A DNA stretch of 64,000 nt, taken from IMG/VR virus record IMGVR_UViG_3300032236_001859, positions 152,044 to 216,043 of that record; one strand, given 5' to 3'. Positions 18,601-27,183 of the stretch are shown here, one piece after another. A program made the translations under genes and the position numbers. Under the pieces are notes generated by a model. That model was not told where the DNA came from and made no database searches. It saw nothing but the letters and a program-made list of their open reading frames with translations. Position 1 is the first letter of the stretch. Every line of letters starts with the position of its first letter.

Positions 18601-21028
18601 CTTGACTGGCGACACCATTGTTGGTTAAGAATAGGGTGGGGCCAGACACCGAACTGCCCATCAGTGAGTTCGTGGCGACACCTCGAACCACGGTGACCCC
18701 TGAGTAGTCCTGCGAGGCTGCGATGGCGAGAGCCCCAACTGCGGCCATAGCTGAAGTGGGTATCACTGCTCCAGTGGCGACATCTAACGGATTCGCCCCT
18801 GTGAGTGCGTTGACTCCTGAAAGCAACATCGCACCGCCGTTCAGGGAGAAAGGGGGTGCAAACTTGTAACCAACGGTGCTGTTATATGGCGTTATCGACC
18901 CCGCAAAGGTGATAGTGGTATTGTTCGCGGTCGCCATGAATCCAAGACGAACATCCTTATTGAGGCCGGCTGCACTGAGATCAATGTTACCTGTCTTGTT
19001 ATCCAGTGCTAGGATTGATTCAGTCTGTGTCGTGAATCTTGCCAGAACGGCAGCAGTGAATAAAGCATTGCTACCAAACCCGAAAACAATTCCAGCTGGA
19101 ACCGTAATTGGATTTGGGGTAGCCGTGTTCCCACCTGTATTGGAGCCATCTGAGCCCATCGCTGCCAGGGAGTCGAATCGAAAGGCACCCCGACTGGATG
19201 TATCCAGTATGAATCCAGCATCAAATGCGATGTTGGATCCCGCGAGTGCAAAGCGATTAAAATTAGCAGAAACCCCGACACGTAGGACCAGGGGTCCTGC
19301 ACCTCCGACATCCTTGGAGATCGCACCACTGAATATCGTTTCAGAGTTCTGAGATGTATAGCTGCCAAGGGCACCACCTTTGATGCCTATAACAAGTGGA
19401 TCAGTGATTGTAGCAGCACCACTCCGGCTGGCCTGATCGCGGATTCCACCCCCATTGATGAGAACACTGCCGCCTCCAAACATGCGGCCTGAAAGTGCAT
19501 TAGTTAATCCGGTTACCCCGAAAACACCTGAGCTCAGGGTAATCCCGCCTGTGTACCCCGTTGCCGTGTACGCTGCATGGACCTCAGCAGAGGGGGACAT
19601 CGCCACTGTGATGGCCTGTGCGGAGGCCCCTATGGTCCCCAGGTTACCCGCACCCCCACTTGGATACAGTCCGTTGAGCCCCCCATTACCGGATCCCGCG
19701 ATGACAAGATTGGCATTGAGAGTGAGCCCCCCTGTGTACGTGAATGCCCCACCACCGGTCTGATTAAATGCTAGGGTGCGTGGACTCCCATTGATGGAGC
19801 TCAGAGTTGTCGCACTTACGGTGGCGCTTACACCCTGACTACTGCTGCCACCAAACGCCATGGTGCCAGTTAGGGCTGGATACGGGCGCCCAAGTGCCAT
19901 CCCATTACCAGGACTAAAAAATAAGGCACCTGCACTTGGCAGTGACAGACTCGCGACTCCAATGAAATCACCACTTAGAGTGCTTGTTAGACCAGCTAGA
20001 CTGTTGAATGCCCAAGATGCCCCAGTCTGTGCACCGCGAATACCAATGGTCCCGCCCGCATTGATCGTGATACTATTGGTAAGTATTAACGATGGATTGC
20101 TGGCGTTCAGTGATCCCCCGTAATTGACAACATAAGCACCGCTACCCATCGCGGTCTGAGTGTTTGCAGCGAGGTTACCACCAACATTGTTACCCGAGAA
20201 CGTGATACCGTCACCTACGGTAATCGCGCCTGTGTTCGTTGCGGCGTCAACTGTGGAGCCCTGAGTAACGGTTCCGGGGCCACGGTATGTGATCACGTTA
20301 CTACCCCACTGCATCGTGGCATCAAAGGCGACGTTGCTGAGGGCTGTTATGATCACAGGGGCCACAATGGACTGACCGGCTGCGAATGCTAAGGAGCCCG
20401 CCGGGGAGATGTCACCAAGGGTGCATGAGCCTTCAATGCGAATTGTTGCCGTGAATGTACGACCGTTGTTATCCCCCATGCTGAGGCGGCCATTCTTAAT
20501 AGTGATAACCCCTGTACCAAATGAATTAGCATTCGTGGAGAACACCCAAGCAGTGTTCCCATCGATGATGAGTCCTCCGCTACCAACACTGGAGGCACTT
20601 GTGATCGACCATGGCCCCGATTTTACGGTGAGAGTGTTTGTAAAGCGTAGTGCGGTACCCATGGAAACCGCGCCTGCTGTGCTGTTGTCCCACTGTGCCC
20701 CTGGCGCGATTTGTAGATTACCTGATGCAAAGGTGAGTGTGCCATTGCGTACCAATAGATTACGGACTGTCTGGAGGCCATTCACGGTTACCGTATAGGA
20801 TCCAGTTGCATTGCTCCCCGCAGCGAACACGGCATCACTTCCCTGGATCCATGCCCGTGTGGCCAGGAGACCCGCGGGATCCGTGGTCCAATAACTATTG
20901 GTCCCCCATGTCCCCGTCGCAGTCGTCGAGTTCGTGGCGCCGACACTGGTACCATTGGCATCCCAATACAGCGTAATCGGTGCGTACCTGTAGGAGGGGT
21001 AACAGATATTACCGGAGCCGATTGACAT
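15626..21028 (-). CDS. 1800-aa autotransporter-passenger-like beta-helix adhesin / tail spike
   Basis: G/T/S/N-rich beta-helix repeats; YWDANGT..GTW start; passenger-associated repeats (LIKVGAGTLVI, GTTLGGSG); C-terminal DQL...FTIID...GVFNGLPEG...ISYVGGDGNDVTL typical of PVC-bacterial surface proteins; no signal peptide or beta-barrel seen. Confidence 0.75.
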   Translation of the reverse strand: MSIGSGNICYPSYRYAPITLYWDANGTSVGATNSTTATGTWGTNSYWTTDPAGLLATRAWIQGSDAVFAAGSNATGSYTVTVNGLQTVRNLLVRNGTLTFASGNLQIAPGAQWDNSTAGAVSMGTALRFTNTLTVKSGPWSITSASSVGSGGLIIDGNTAWVFSTNANSFGTGVITIKNGRLSMGDNNGRTFTATIRIEGSCTLGDISPAGSLAFAAGQSIVAPVIITALSNVAFDATMQWGSNVITYRGPGTVTQGSTVDAATNTGAITVGDGITFSGNNVGGNLAANTQTAMGSGAYVVNYGGSLNASNPSLILTNSITINAGGTIGIRGAQTGASWAFNSLAGLTSTLSGDFIGVASLSLPSAGALFFSPGNGMALGRPYPALTGTMAFGGSSSQGVSATVSATTLSSINGSPRTLAFNQTGGGAFTYTGGLTLNANLVIAGSGNGGLNGLYPSGGAGNLGTIGASAQAITVAMSPSAEVHAAYTATGYTGGITLSSGVFGVTGLTNALSGRMFGGGSVLINGGGIRDQASRSGAATITDPLVIGIKGGALGSYTSQNSETIFSGAISKDVGGAGPLVLRVGVSANFNRFALAGSNIAFDAGFILDTSSRGAFRFDSLAAMGSDGSNTGGNTATPNPITVPAGIVFGFGSNALFTAAVLARFTTQTESILALDNKTGNIDLSAAGLNKDVRLGFMATANNTTITFAGSITPYNSTVGYKFAPPFSLNGGAMLLSGVNALTGANPLDVATGAVIPTSAMAAVGALAIAASQDYSGVTVVRGVATNSLMGSSVSGPTLFLTNNGVASQGDLTGTSSLLINLGATVGLPGTAANYGRITVANLPITVMGSGTLNCGETIPNNEASNRNVTNRINPSARLILGGTTGGGTFNIPYPDAGAYTHSQTLYSLSIQAGISSISSSNIKASSVNLAFTGTAGGAGYTRAVGGVVNQFTNTGFIPSFTNAPTTAGGSSVSGAGGNALLIGATQGFVPGVDGGDYIAAASGTFGPPAYTSQNDCSLWAAGQNIKAGTLTGTIANDVAINSLRVTLGSGTITIATGKTLTVTSGMIASTINGVVAITGGALTTGNGLDLIVGSHQNSFIIASQITGGYAFTKFLANTVTLSNANNAIGDIYILAGTLTAGASGSLGGLTAPRTIYLMGGVLFFSHALDIYSNTNIVVGAAGGYIGTPNSAGTGAVIQGSVTLHGPLAVNPVNMTGRVELSGTISGAGSIRHVNSYGQGGDYSLLILSGDNSAWSGGFALQESGAQAGAINLRLAKGASAGTGPIVTGGKGGNLLLDTASISDSVYPNNFSLLGPLGLTVWSLGPGLSTSGGTRATLSGMFVGSSSVIFQGYATGDNAITELVLSGTYSMSGIPTAPFGGTAASNYGTSSLKQNLVNGYGGLTLGLFGVYPTVLPVGTATQGALGFIRFSGVNSFLPGAVGPGYISAVHRATDTVDHTAHFGFLLTATSGAGTTYQIPEGKSFLIGSLGTADPTLNKQIGGVLGASSDAGSGSNLATLLGSPKYAAGQTLAGMFGGDINIHANADTDNQVLKMFVRHAGDTMVLGSTETREVIFCPTWGDSGGQSCLTMVRKRTGATTLIKVGAGTLVIAEADYTHTDGTSARGSFTWSLVEGTLLYNHNDNDEGVRPDFAAFNVGAGTTLGGSGVLNSVVTVTSGTMSPGTPVATAALSMKSLNLNNSGATVILDLNGDAAGTQYDQLVIPSTGDGVVLNNATLSIRLGYSPAVGKVFTIIDRQSAGPVTGVFNGLPEGATVASTGTVRNFTISYVGGDGNDVTLTAQ

Positions 21029-21029
21029 A

Positions 21030-24000
21030 TCAGGGCACCTTGGCGTTCAGCGACATCGGGATGGCATCCCAGGTGACGCCGCCATCGAGGGTAGTCATCC
21101 CAATGATGTCGACCCCGGAAGCCGTGAGCACAGCGGCGATACCGCCGGACCAACGTGTATTCGCTGGGAAGTTGAAAGTCTGGGAACCCCCGTTGGTGAT
21201 GTGGAGGACAACCGTCTTGGAAACCCCCGATGCCGGGAGGTTCGAGAACGCCAGGGTCACCGCTCCGGTAACCGTCATGGTGATCCGCGTCGCGGTGAGA
21301 CAGTTAATCGTGATTGTCCCAGCACCCGTGTTACCAATTGCATTCACGGGTTCGTTTACGTTTTTGATAATGAGTGTGCCGCCAACGGAGACGTCTCCGC
21401 CGGCGTATATGGAGCCCAGGAGACCCATGCCACCCGCTGATGTAATGGACCCCGTCAATGTGCTCACCGATGCGGCCGCCGACGTGACTATTAAGGCGCC
21501 TGCCCCTGGGGACGCCGAAAACGCACCACCGATTTGAAGACCACCATCACCCCAGATACGAACCTTCTCAGTGGTCAAGATGGTGCCGGGGGTTGTTGTC
21601 CAGAGGCCGATGCGGGTGCCCTGTGCGGCGTCTGTCCAGTTCTCAGCAGTGAAGATCGAGACGAACCCACGCGCCGCAGATGAGTAACCCGTGGCCCCGT
21701 AACCCCACGCTGAGAGGTTGGTGATTTCATCGCCAGCCTGGAGTGCACTGGGTGCGGTCAGGGTACCCCGACATGCGCGTCCCGCGAATACCGCGTAACC
21801 GCCGCCGATGCCCATGGCGACATCGGCGAGAACACGGGTGACCCCTGCGTTACCATTACCATTGATGACCTGTGCGATTGTACCCGCAGGGGCCGCTGGT
21901 GCCGTGATCCCTGTAGCCAAGACTTTGAGGCCACCAAGGGTGCCCACACCCCCAGCAGTGAGTGCGCCACCGACGTTGAGAGCACCGCCGATGCCGACAC
22001 CACCGGTGACCACAAGGGCGCCATTGGCCGCAGTGGTCGATACCGTGGTATCCCCGAAGCGGACGAGACCCAGACCAGTCTGAATCGCGTAATTGGTTTG
22101 ACCGAAAGTGATGTCCTCGAGGAGGAGCCCATAGGCCGTGGTCAGGGTTCCCGCGGAACCCCCGAGGGATCCATAGAACAATGCCGCAGTGGTACAGGTA
22201 CCCCCCGCGGTGTCCATGTAGAACTCGGAGTCGATGCCATAGAACCCACTAAGGGTCCCCGCCGTCGTCGATACCGTGAGATCCGCACGATACCCGTAAA
22301 TGACTCCGAAGTTATATCCCCCGTACAGACGCTGGGAAACCGTGTCGCCCATGTATCGCCCATTACGGGATACCGTGGGGGTAATGTTGACTTCAAGGTA
22401 GCGTGCCGTGCGGTCCACGGTGGCATTAGGGGCATATGAGATGACTTGCTTGATGCCACCGACCATGTTGAGCGCGGAGACCCCAGTGGCCCCCACGGCA
22501 ACCGAGGTATCCCCAAGGGTGACCAAACCGGTACCCGTGTAGATCGCATAGTTCGTGGTGGCCCCAGTGATACTGGGGAGATAGAGCCCGTATCCTGTGG
22601 TGATGGTGCCCGCGGTGTACGACCAGTTGCCTCTGAACAACGATGCGGCACCAACTGTGGACCCCGCACAGTTGAATGATAACGAGGTCCGGTACCCAAT
22701 AATCGAGTTGACTGTGCCTGCTGTCTTCGTGTCAGTCAGCGTGGTGTTCTCACCCACTGCGATACTGAAGTCCTCGGCTCCCGTGAGTGCAATGGAGTGG
22801 TACTGACTATAGAACGCCCCAATCGAGGAACTCAAGGGGTTCAGGGTCACACTGTCATAGATACCGTAGACGGTCCCCGTGAGATGCCCCAGGGTGCCAT
22901 ACAGGGTACGAATGCTGCCAGTAAGATTCAGGGCACCTGGAGTCGTGCTATCCGTGGTCGCCGTGCTCGTCGAGTTCAGGGTGCCCGCAGCAAAGATGTC
23001 TCCACCGGCGCCGATACCCCCGGCGACCTTCAGCGCACCGGTGACCGCGCTAATTGACGCCGTCGTATTCGCAATGGTGAGACCACCAGTGGCCAGTGTG
23101 CTATTGTATGAGAAATTGGTGGATCCCGTGAGGATGCCGTCACCACCTCCAAACCCGACGAGACCTGTGGCCAGCGCTGCCGTGATCGTGCAACTGAGAA
23201 CCCCAAGTGCGGAGAGGTTGAGCCCAGTCCCGATCGAGATCTCTTCAATCGCACCGGGATCCGCGGAGAACCTGCCAAGGACTCGGGCTGTATTCATGGT
23301 GAGCCCAGAAGACCCCACGGCCCCATTGAGGGCACCATCAGTGATCCCATAACCACTCAGGGTGGTGGGGAGATCCGAACCAATGTGATTCCAGCTCAAC
23401 GAGGGAATATCGGTTTCGACTAGAGCTCGGAACGCAGGGACTGCAGAGGATCCCAGGGGATCACTGGGCCCCGCGAAGACAAGACCCGGGGACTGAACCG
23501 CCCATTCCGCGCTGAGATCCCCTAACGTGGTCACCGGGGAGAACGTGATGCTGAACTCAGGTGGCAACACGAGTCCAACGGAGGTCACCGTACCGGTACC
23601 CAGGATGGGCGCCCATGCCGAACCCGTGTAGTGGACATAGGAATGCGTGGCGCGGTTGAAGACAAAAACGCCTTCAGCTGCTGGGGTGAACACCCAGGCG
23701 CCGTCACGATATGCGGCTAAAGCATTGGGATGCCCGAACCAGGCCCCCGTGGGGAGTGTGCCCGTGATCCAGCGCTGTTCTGCACTCGGGGACCCTGGGG
23801 GTGTATTTGTGATGGCTTGAACGGGGCCACCCCAGAACCCATCAGCGATTCTGCGATCGACGACCTGACGTGTGGTCAAATGGGCATCTGCGGTAGCCGC
23901 GATACCCGCGATATTGGCTACGAAGGGGTGGAGACCGTCGGTGGTGACAACGTCAGTCTCCAGCGTGCTCGTCGCGATAGGATTTGTTGCGGAGACTCGA

Positions 24001-24050
24001 CGCAGCTGCCTGCCGTCAAAGAATACCGGCTTCTGAGGAGTGCTTGGCAT
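21030..24050 (-). CDS. Tail fibre protein (DUF2793-like N-terminal domain)
   Basis: RWITGTLPTGAWFGHPNALAAYRDGAWVFTP pattern; repeated GALxVxGGxGIGG fibre motifs; C-terminal beta-sandwich (LAFSNLP..VVLHITNGG..FPANTRW..VDII). Confidence 0.7.
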   Translation of the reverse strand: MPSTPQKPVFFDGRQLRRVSATNPIATSTLETDVVTTDGLHPFVANIAGIAATADAHLTTRQVVDRRIADGFWGGPVQAITNTPPGSPSAEQRWITGTLPTGAWFGHPNALAAYRDGAWVFTPAAEGVFVFNRATHSYVHYTGSAWAPILGTGTVTSVGLVLPPEFSITFSPVTTLGDLSAEWAVQSPGLVFAGPSDPLGSSAVPAFRALVETDIPSLSWNHIGSDLPTTLSGYGITDGALNGAVGSSGLTMNTARVLGRFSADPGAIEEISIGTGLNLSALGVLSCTITAALATGLVGFGGGDGILTGSTNFSYNSTLATGGLTIANTTASISAVTGALKVAGGIGAGGDIFAAGTLNSTSTATTDSTTPGALNLTGSIRTLYGTLGHLTGTVYGIYDSVTLNPLSSSIGAFYSQYHSIALTGAEDFSIAVGENTTLTDTKTAGTVNSIIGYRTSLSFNCAGSTVGAASLFRGNWSYTAGTITTGYGLYLPSITGATTNYAIYTGTGLVTLGDTSVAVGATGVSALNMVGGIKQVISYAPNATVDRTARYLEVNITPTVSRNGRYMGDTVSQRLYGGYNFGVIYGYRADLTVSTTAGTLSGFYGIDSEFYMDTAGGTCTTAALFYGSLGGSAGTLTTAYGLLLEDITFGQTNYAIQTGLGLVRFGDTTVSTTAANGALVVTGGVGIGGALNVGGALTAGGVGTLGGLKVLATGITAPAAPAGTIAQVINGNGNAGVTRVLADVAMGIGGGYAVFAGRACRGTLTAPSALQAGDEITNLSAWGYGATGYSSAARGFVSIFTAENWTDAAQGTRIGLWTTTPGTILTTEKVRIWGDGGLQIGGAFSASPGAGALIVTSAAASVSTLTGSITSAGGMGLLGSIYAGGDVSVGGTLIIKNVNEPVNAIGNTGAGTITINCLTATRITMTVTGAVTLAFSNLPASGVSKTVVLHITNGGSQTFNFPANTRWSGGIAAVLTASGVDIIGMTTLDGGVTWDAIPMSLNAKVP

Positions 24051-24520
24051 TATTCGTCCTCACTGCTGTCTCGGCTCAGGAACTTGTTAAGAAGATATGC
24101 GGAGCCCAGGCCAAGGCCGGCGCCAGCTGCGGTGCCCCCTGCGGCGATCCCAGTGGTCTCCATGGGGGTGCCTTCGCCATAACGAGCATGCCGTCTCGCG
24201 AGTTCACCACCGAGGCCGGCGCCGAGTTCAGTACCTGCACCACCGAGAACCCCCGTGATCGCACCCTTCATGGTATCCCGAAGTCTGTCACCCTTCTTCG
24301 CAGTCAGGTACTTGTAGGCACCGAGGCCGAGGCCACCGATGAGAGCACCCTTCCATGGCATCCCCATGCCCAGGGATTCCGCGAGACCGACACCTGGTGT
24401 CGGGTTGGGGGTCGGGAGATCATAAACTGGTACGGGTGGGCGAGGTGGTTGTGCCAGCAGTGGAGTCGCCTCTGCGGCGACTTTAACAAGACTGGTGGCC
24501 AGGAAGACGTCAAGTGTCAT
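24050..24520 (-). CDS. Small glycine-zipper virion protein with K-x-A motif
   Basis: 156 aa; VKVAA at residue 12-16; three GxxxG-rich hydrophobic segments. Confidence 0.6.
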   Translation of the reverse strand: MTLDVFLATSLVKVAAEATPLLAQPPRPPVPVYDLPTPNPTPGVGLAESLGMGMPWKGALIGGLGLGAYKYLTAKKGDRLRDTMKGAITGVLGGAGTELGAGLGGELARRHARYGEGTPMETTGIAAGGTAAGAGLGLGSAYLLNKFLSRDSSEDE

Positions 24521-25254
24521 AGTATGACCGCCATGCTGAAGTCGACGAGGGCACTGGTCTCAGTCAGCGCTCTGCACAGGGGAACCGCGACTTCCGCGGC
24601 GACCCCAACAGCATCTGGGTTGAGAACCCAACGCCCCGAGATATTGGAGAGATAGTAAACACGGTTCGGGATCAATGCGGAGACCCCGGTGAGATAACTG
24701 ACCTCGCCTGATGTCAACTCGATGACATGCCCAGGAAGGATAACACCGAAGTCATCTACTGGGGGATTCGGGGCTCCGGGGACCGTGGAACTCAGGAGCC
24801 CCAGGGGTTCATAGAGACCGCCGGCGATGGAACCCGCACCAGCGGTGGCTAACCCAACTTTACCTGTGCTTGATGTCCGCATCGCGGAACCCTTGCGCAG
24901 CGCGATTGAAGCCGGGATGCCAGTGAACTGGGATCCCGCACTACTTCCACTTCCACCGGTATAGTTGTAGGTGACACCCCCGGTGTGATACCGCAGGGAT
25001 ACCACACCACCGTTGTCCAGGATCCAGAAGTCGCCTTCTTGAGGAGACGCGGGATCACTGAGGAACCGTGGGATAACCATGCGGCCGTCACCACGAACCC
25101 CGTGCTTGACTATGCCTTGGTTTTCCCATTGATCCAACATGGAGGCATCGGGAACCACGGTCTCCGTGTTCACTGATGCCGCGGGGCCCACGCCGGGGCG
25201 CAGAATCCTGCGCTCCCCATTGCCGGGGTTATTGACTGAGCGAATGTTCCCCAT
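24517..25254 (-). CDS. Hypothetical virion/tail structural protein
   Basis: ATG at 25254 preferred over the TTG at 25275; P..G.FW motif then beta-rich domain with VYYLS..G. Confidence 0.55.
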   Translation of the reverse strand: MGNIRSVNNPGNGERRILRPGVGPAASVNTETVVPDASMLDQWENQGIVKHGVRGDGRMVIPRFLSDPASPQEGDFWILDNGGVVSLRYHTGGVTYNYTGGSGSSAGSQFTGIPASIALRKGSAMRTSSTGKVGLATAGAGSIAGGLYEPLGLLSSTVPGAPNPPVDDFGVILPGHVIELTSGEVSYLTGVSALIPNRVYYLSNISGRWVLNPDAVGVAAEVAVPLCRALTETSALVDFSMAVIL

Positions 25255-25309
25255 GTGCGCAGCGTAAGGCTTCAAGTCGACGAGGAAAGCCTATGCCCGC
25301 GCCCTGAAC

Positions 25310-25327
25310 AGTCTCGACGTCGAGACT
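25310..25327. repeat. Perfect 18-bp palindrome AGTCTCGACGTCGAGACT
   Basis: Read directly; abuts the XRE gene stop codon. Confidence 0.85.
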
Positions 25328-25571
25328 ATCCGGGGTCTTCAACTGAAATCGCTGACAGGGGATCCGGAGACAGGGCCTCCATCGACCATCCCGTGAGCCC
25401 CGACATCTTACGCAGTAAATCGATCGTGGGGGTCCGACGACTCGACTCGATGAGGCTGAGGTAGGAATCACTGACCCCAAGAGCGGCGGCCATGCGGTCC
25501 TGGGCCAGACCACATTCGAGGCGGGCCTGCTTCCAGGCCTCTCCGAGATTACGGGGCTGTGGCTTGTTCAT
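25326..25571 (-). CDS. XRE-family helix-turn-helix regulator
   Basis: LGEAWKQARLECGLAQDRMAAALGVSDSYLSLIESSRRTPTIDLLRKMS is a canonical HTH_3 pattern. Confidence 0.9.
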   Translation of the reverse strand: MNKPQPRNLGEAWKQARLECGLAQDRMAAALGVSDSYLSLIESSRRTPTIDLLRKMSGLTGWSMEALSPDPLSAISVEDPG

Positions 25572-26347
25572 TGGAGCTTTCCTGACGCGAAGTCACGAAT
25601 GACCTGCTTCGCCATGGGTAAGAAGTTCTGTACTGGGGTGCCCTCGGCGATGTCCACTATGGCCGCGGCGAGTTGAATCAGGCTGGGGGACTTCAGCACC
25701 TGTGGTTCCCATGGTGTCATCACCTGTGGGGCCGTGAACTCAGTGGGTGCCGGGGGGAGATGATCGCCGACCTGGGGGAACGCAGGGGTCTGTACCAGGG
25801 GTACCGCGCTCAGGGGTTGGTTGGTGTTGGCCTGCCCTGGGGTGAACGCAGCACTGGCCCTGCAGGGATCAGTCACGCTGGGGCCAGGTGAAGTCATACC
25901 GTGGGCCACGCCTTGACCACCATCGACACTGTGGGCTTGTTCCGGGGGATTCATGAAGCCATGCTTATTGGTCCCCGCGGCTTCAGCGGCTGCCAGGGTC
26001 TCCGCAACCGTGGGGGCCGCCATGGGCGGTTTCGCCACGTTCTGGTGTGCTGGGCTCACCTGGACCACGGACTCCCCTGCAGCGGCGTGTACCGCGGCCT
26101 GGATCTCGGCAACACGGTTGGGGTTGGCTTCCAGTGTGGTCTCAGGTGTGAAGTCAGGACCGTAGGCATTGGTGAGCATGCAGTCCCTGCGCTCCCCCAC
26201 GATGCCAGGGATCCAGCGCCTGGCCTGCCCAAACATTGGGATACCCTTGGTGCACTTCATGACCACCAGCATCCCAAAGGGATCAATGGCGGCATGTGTG
26301 CACCCCGGAAAGTATCGTTCGAGTTGTTCCCAGTTATAGGATGACAT
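25568..26347 (-). CDS. Hypothetical protein (259 aa, Pro/Ala-rich)
   Basis: ATGA overlap with the XRE gene; promoter-like motif upstream. Confidence 0.6.
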   Translation of the reverse strand: MSSYNWEQLERYFPGCTHAAIDPFGMLVVMKCTKGIPMFGQARRWIPGIVGERRDCMLTNAYGPDFTPETTLEANPNRVAEIQAAVHAAAGESVVQVSPAHQNVAKPPMAAPTVAETLAAAEAAGTNKHGFMNPPEQAHSVDGGQGVAHGMTSPGPSVTDPCRASAAFTPGQANTNQPLSAVPLVQTPAFPQVGDHLPPAPTEFTAPQVMTPWEPQVLKSPSLIQLAAAIVDIAEGTPVQNFLPMAKQVIRDFASGKLQ

Positions 26348-26367
26348 TGCATGCCCTCATGGCGTAC

Positions 26368-26394
26368 AGCCTATGAGGGTTGACTCTCTGTAAA
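26368..26394 (-). promoter_or_regulatory. Promoter TTTACA-N15-TAGGCT with internal GTCAAC
   Basis: Intergenic, upstream of the 259-aa/XRE operon. Confidence 0.55.
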
Positions 26395-26408
26395 GAGACG
26401 AAACGCAT

Positions 26409-26440
26409 CGAGGTCACGTCCCCTAGGAGACGTGACCTCG
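26409..26440 (-). terminator. Hairpin downstream of the 159-aa gene, likely terminator
   Basis: 12-bp inverted repeat CGAGGTCACGTC / GACGTGACCTCG with 8-nt loop; weak U-tract. Confidence 0.55.
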
Positions 26441-26460
26441 GTTCATGCACTCACCTGAGT

Positions 26461-26940
26461 TCAGGGAATGAAGGCGATGGCTTCGACGGCGACATCCCAA
26501 CCCACGGTTTCCGCGGCGGCGCCGGTAACCTTGAGCTTGAGGACGTTGGTGTCGTTGAGCAAGGCAACCACGTAGGCGGCTTCACCGATGTGGTCAACCG
26601 CAGTGGGGGAGCCGGATTCCAGCAGGGTAACAGTGGCGCCGACGACCTTGACGAGGTAACGACGGATCTCAGCGGCGACTTTGGCGCCGTCGGATTTACG
26701 GGCCACAGCTTTGACTTCGATCAAGCTGACGCTGCCATCGGCGAAGATGCCAACGGGGAGGCGTTGGTCACCGTTCTGGAAGAGCTCGGTGGCCGTGGCA
26801 TTGGTGGTGGTGCCGAGGAAGTTGAATTTCTCAACATTGCGGTTTTCCAGGGAGCGCTTGGTCTTGGCGCGGCCTGTACTGCGTTCGCGGGAATCCACGG
26901 GAAGGCGGAGAGCGCCGGCTTCATTGATACCTTTGGTCAT
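26461..26940 (-). CDS. Putative virion decoration/fibre-tip-like beta-sandwich protein
   Basis: 159 aa; AGGAG RBS; C-terminal LKLKVTGAAAETVGWDVAVE resembles fibre C-termini; flanked by hairpins. Confidence 0.55.
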   Translation of the reverse strand: MTKGINEAGALRLPVDSRERSTGRAKTKRSLENRNVEKFNFLGTTTNATATELFQNGDQRLPVGIFADGSVSLIEVKAVARKSDGAKVAAEIRRYLVKVVGATVTLLESGSPTAVDHIGEAAYVVALLNDTNVLKLKVTGAAAETVGWDVAVEAIAFIP

Positions 26941-27030
26941 GGGAAATCTCCTAGAAGAGTTGACGGGGACGTCGGTGAAGCCCCCAGCGTAAGCGAGATA
27001 TCAAGTTGTGGAAGAGGTCATGGTGTCGCC

Positions 27031-27063
27031 AATAAAAAGGGCTCCCAGGTTTCCCTGGGAGCC
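27031..27063 (-). terminator. Rho-independent terminator of nrdJ
   Basis: 10-bp stem GGCTCCCAGG/CCTGGGAGCC, GAAA loop on the minus strand, followed by CTTTTTATT. Confidence 0.85.
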
Positions 27064-27183
27064 ACCTCGGCACTGTTAAGCGCCACACCAATCATCTTCG
27101 TCGTCTGTTGAATCACCCACCCCTGAGGATTTCAGACGACTCTGAGAATCTACCAGGGGTTGGGAATCCGCCAAGGCCTCCGA

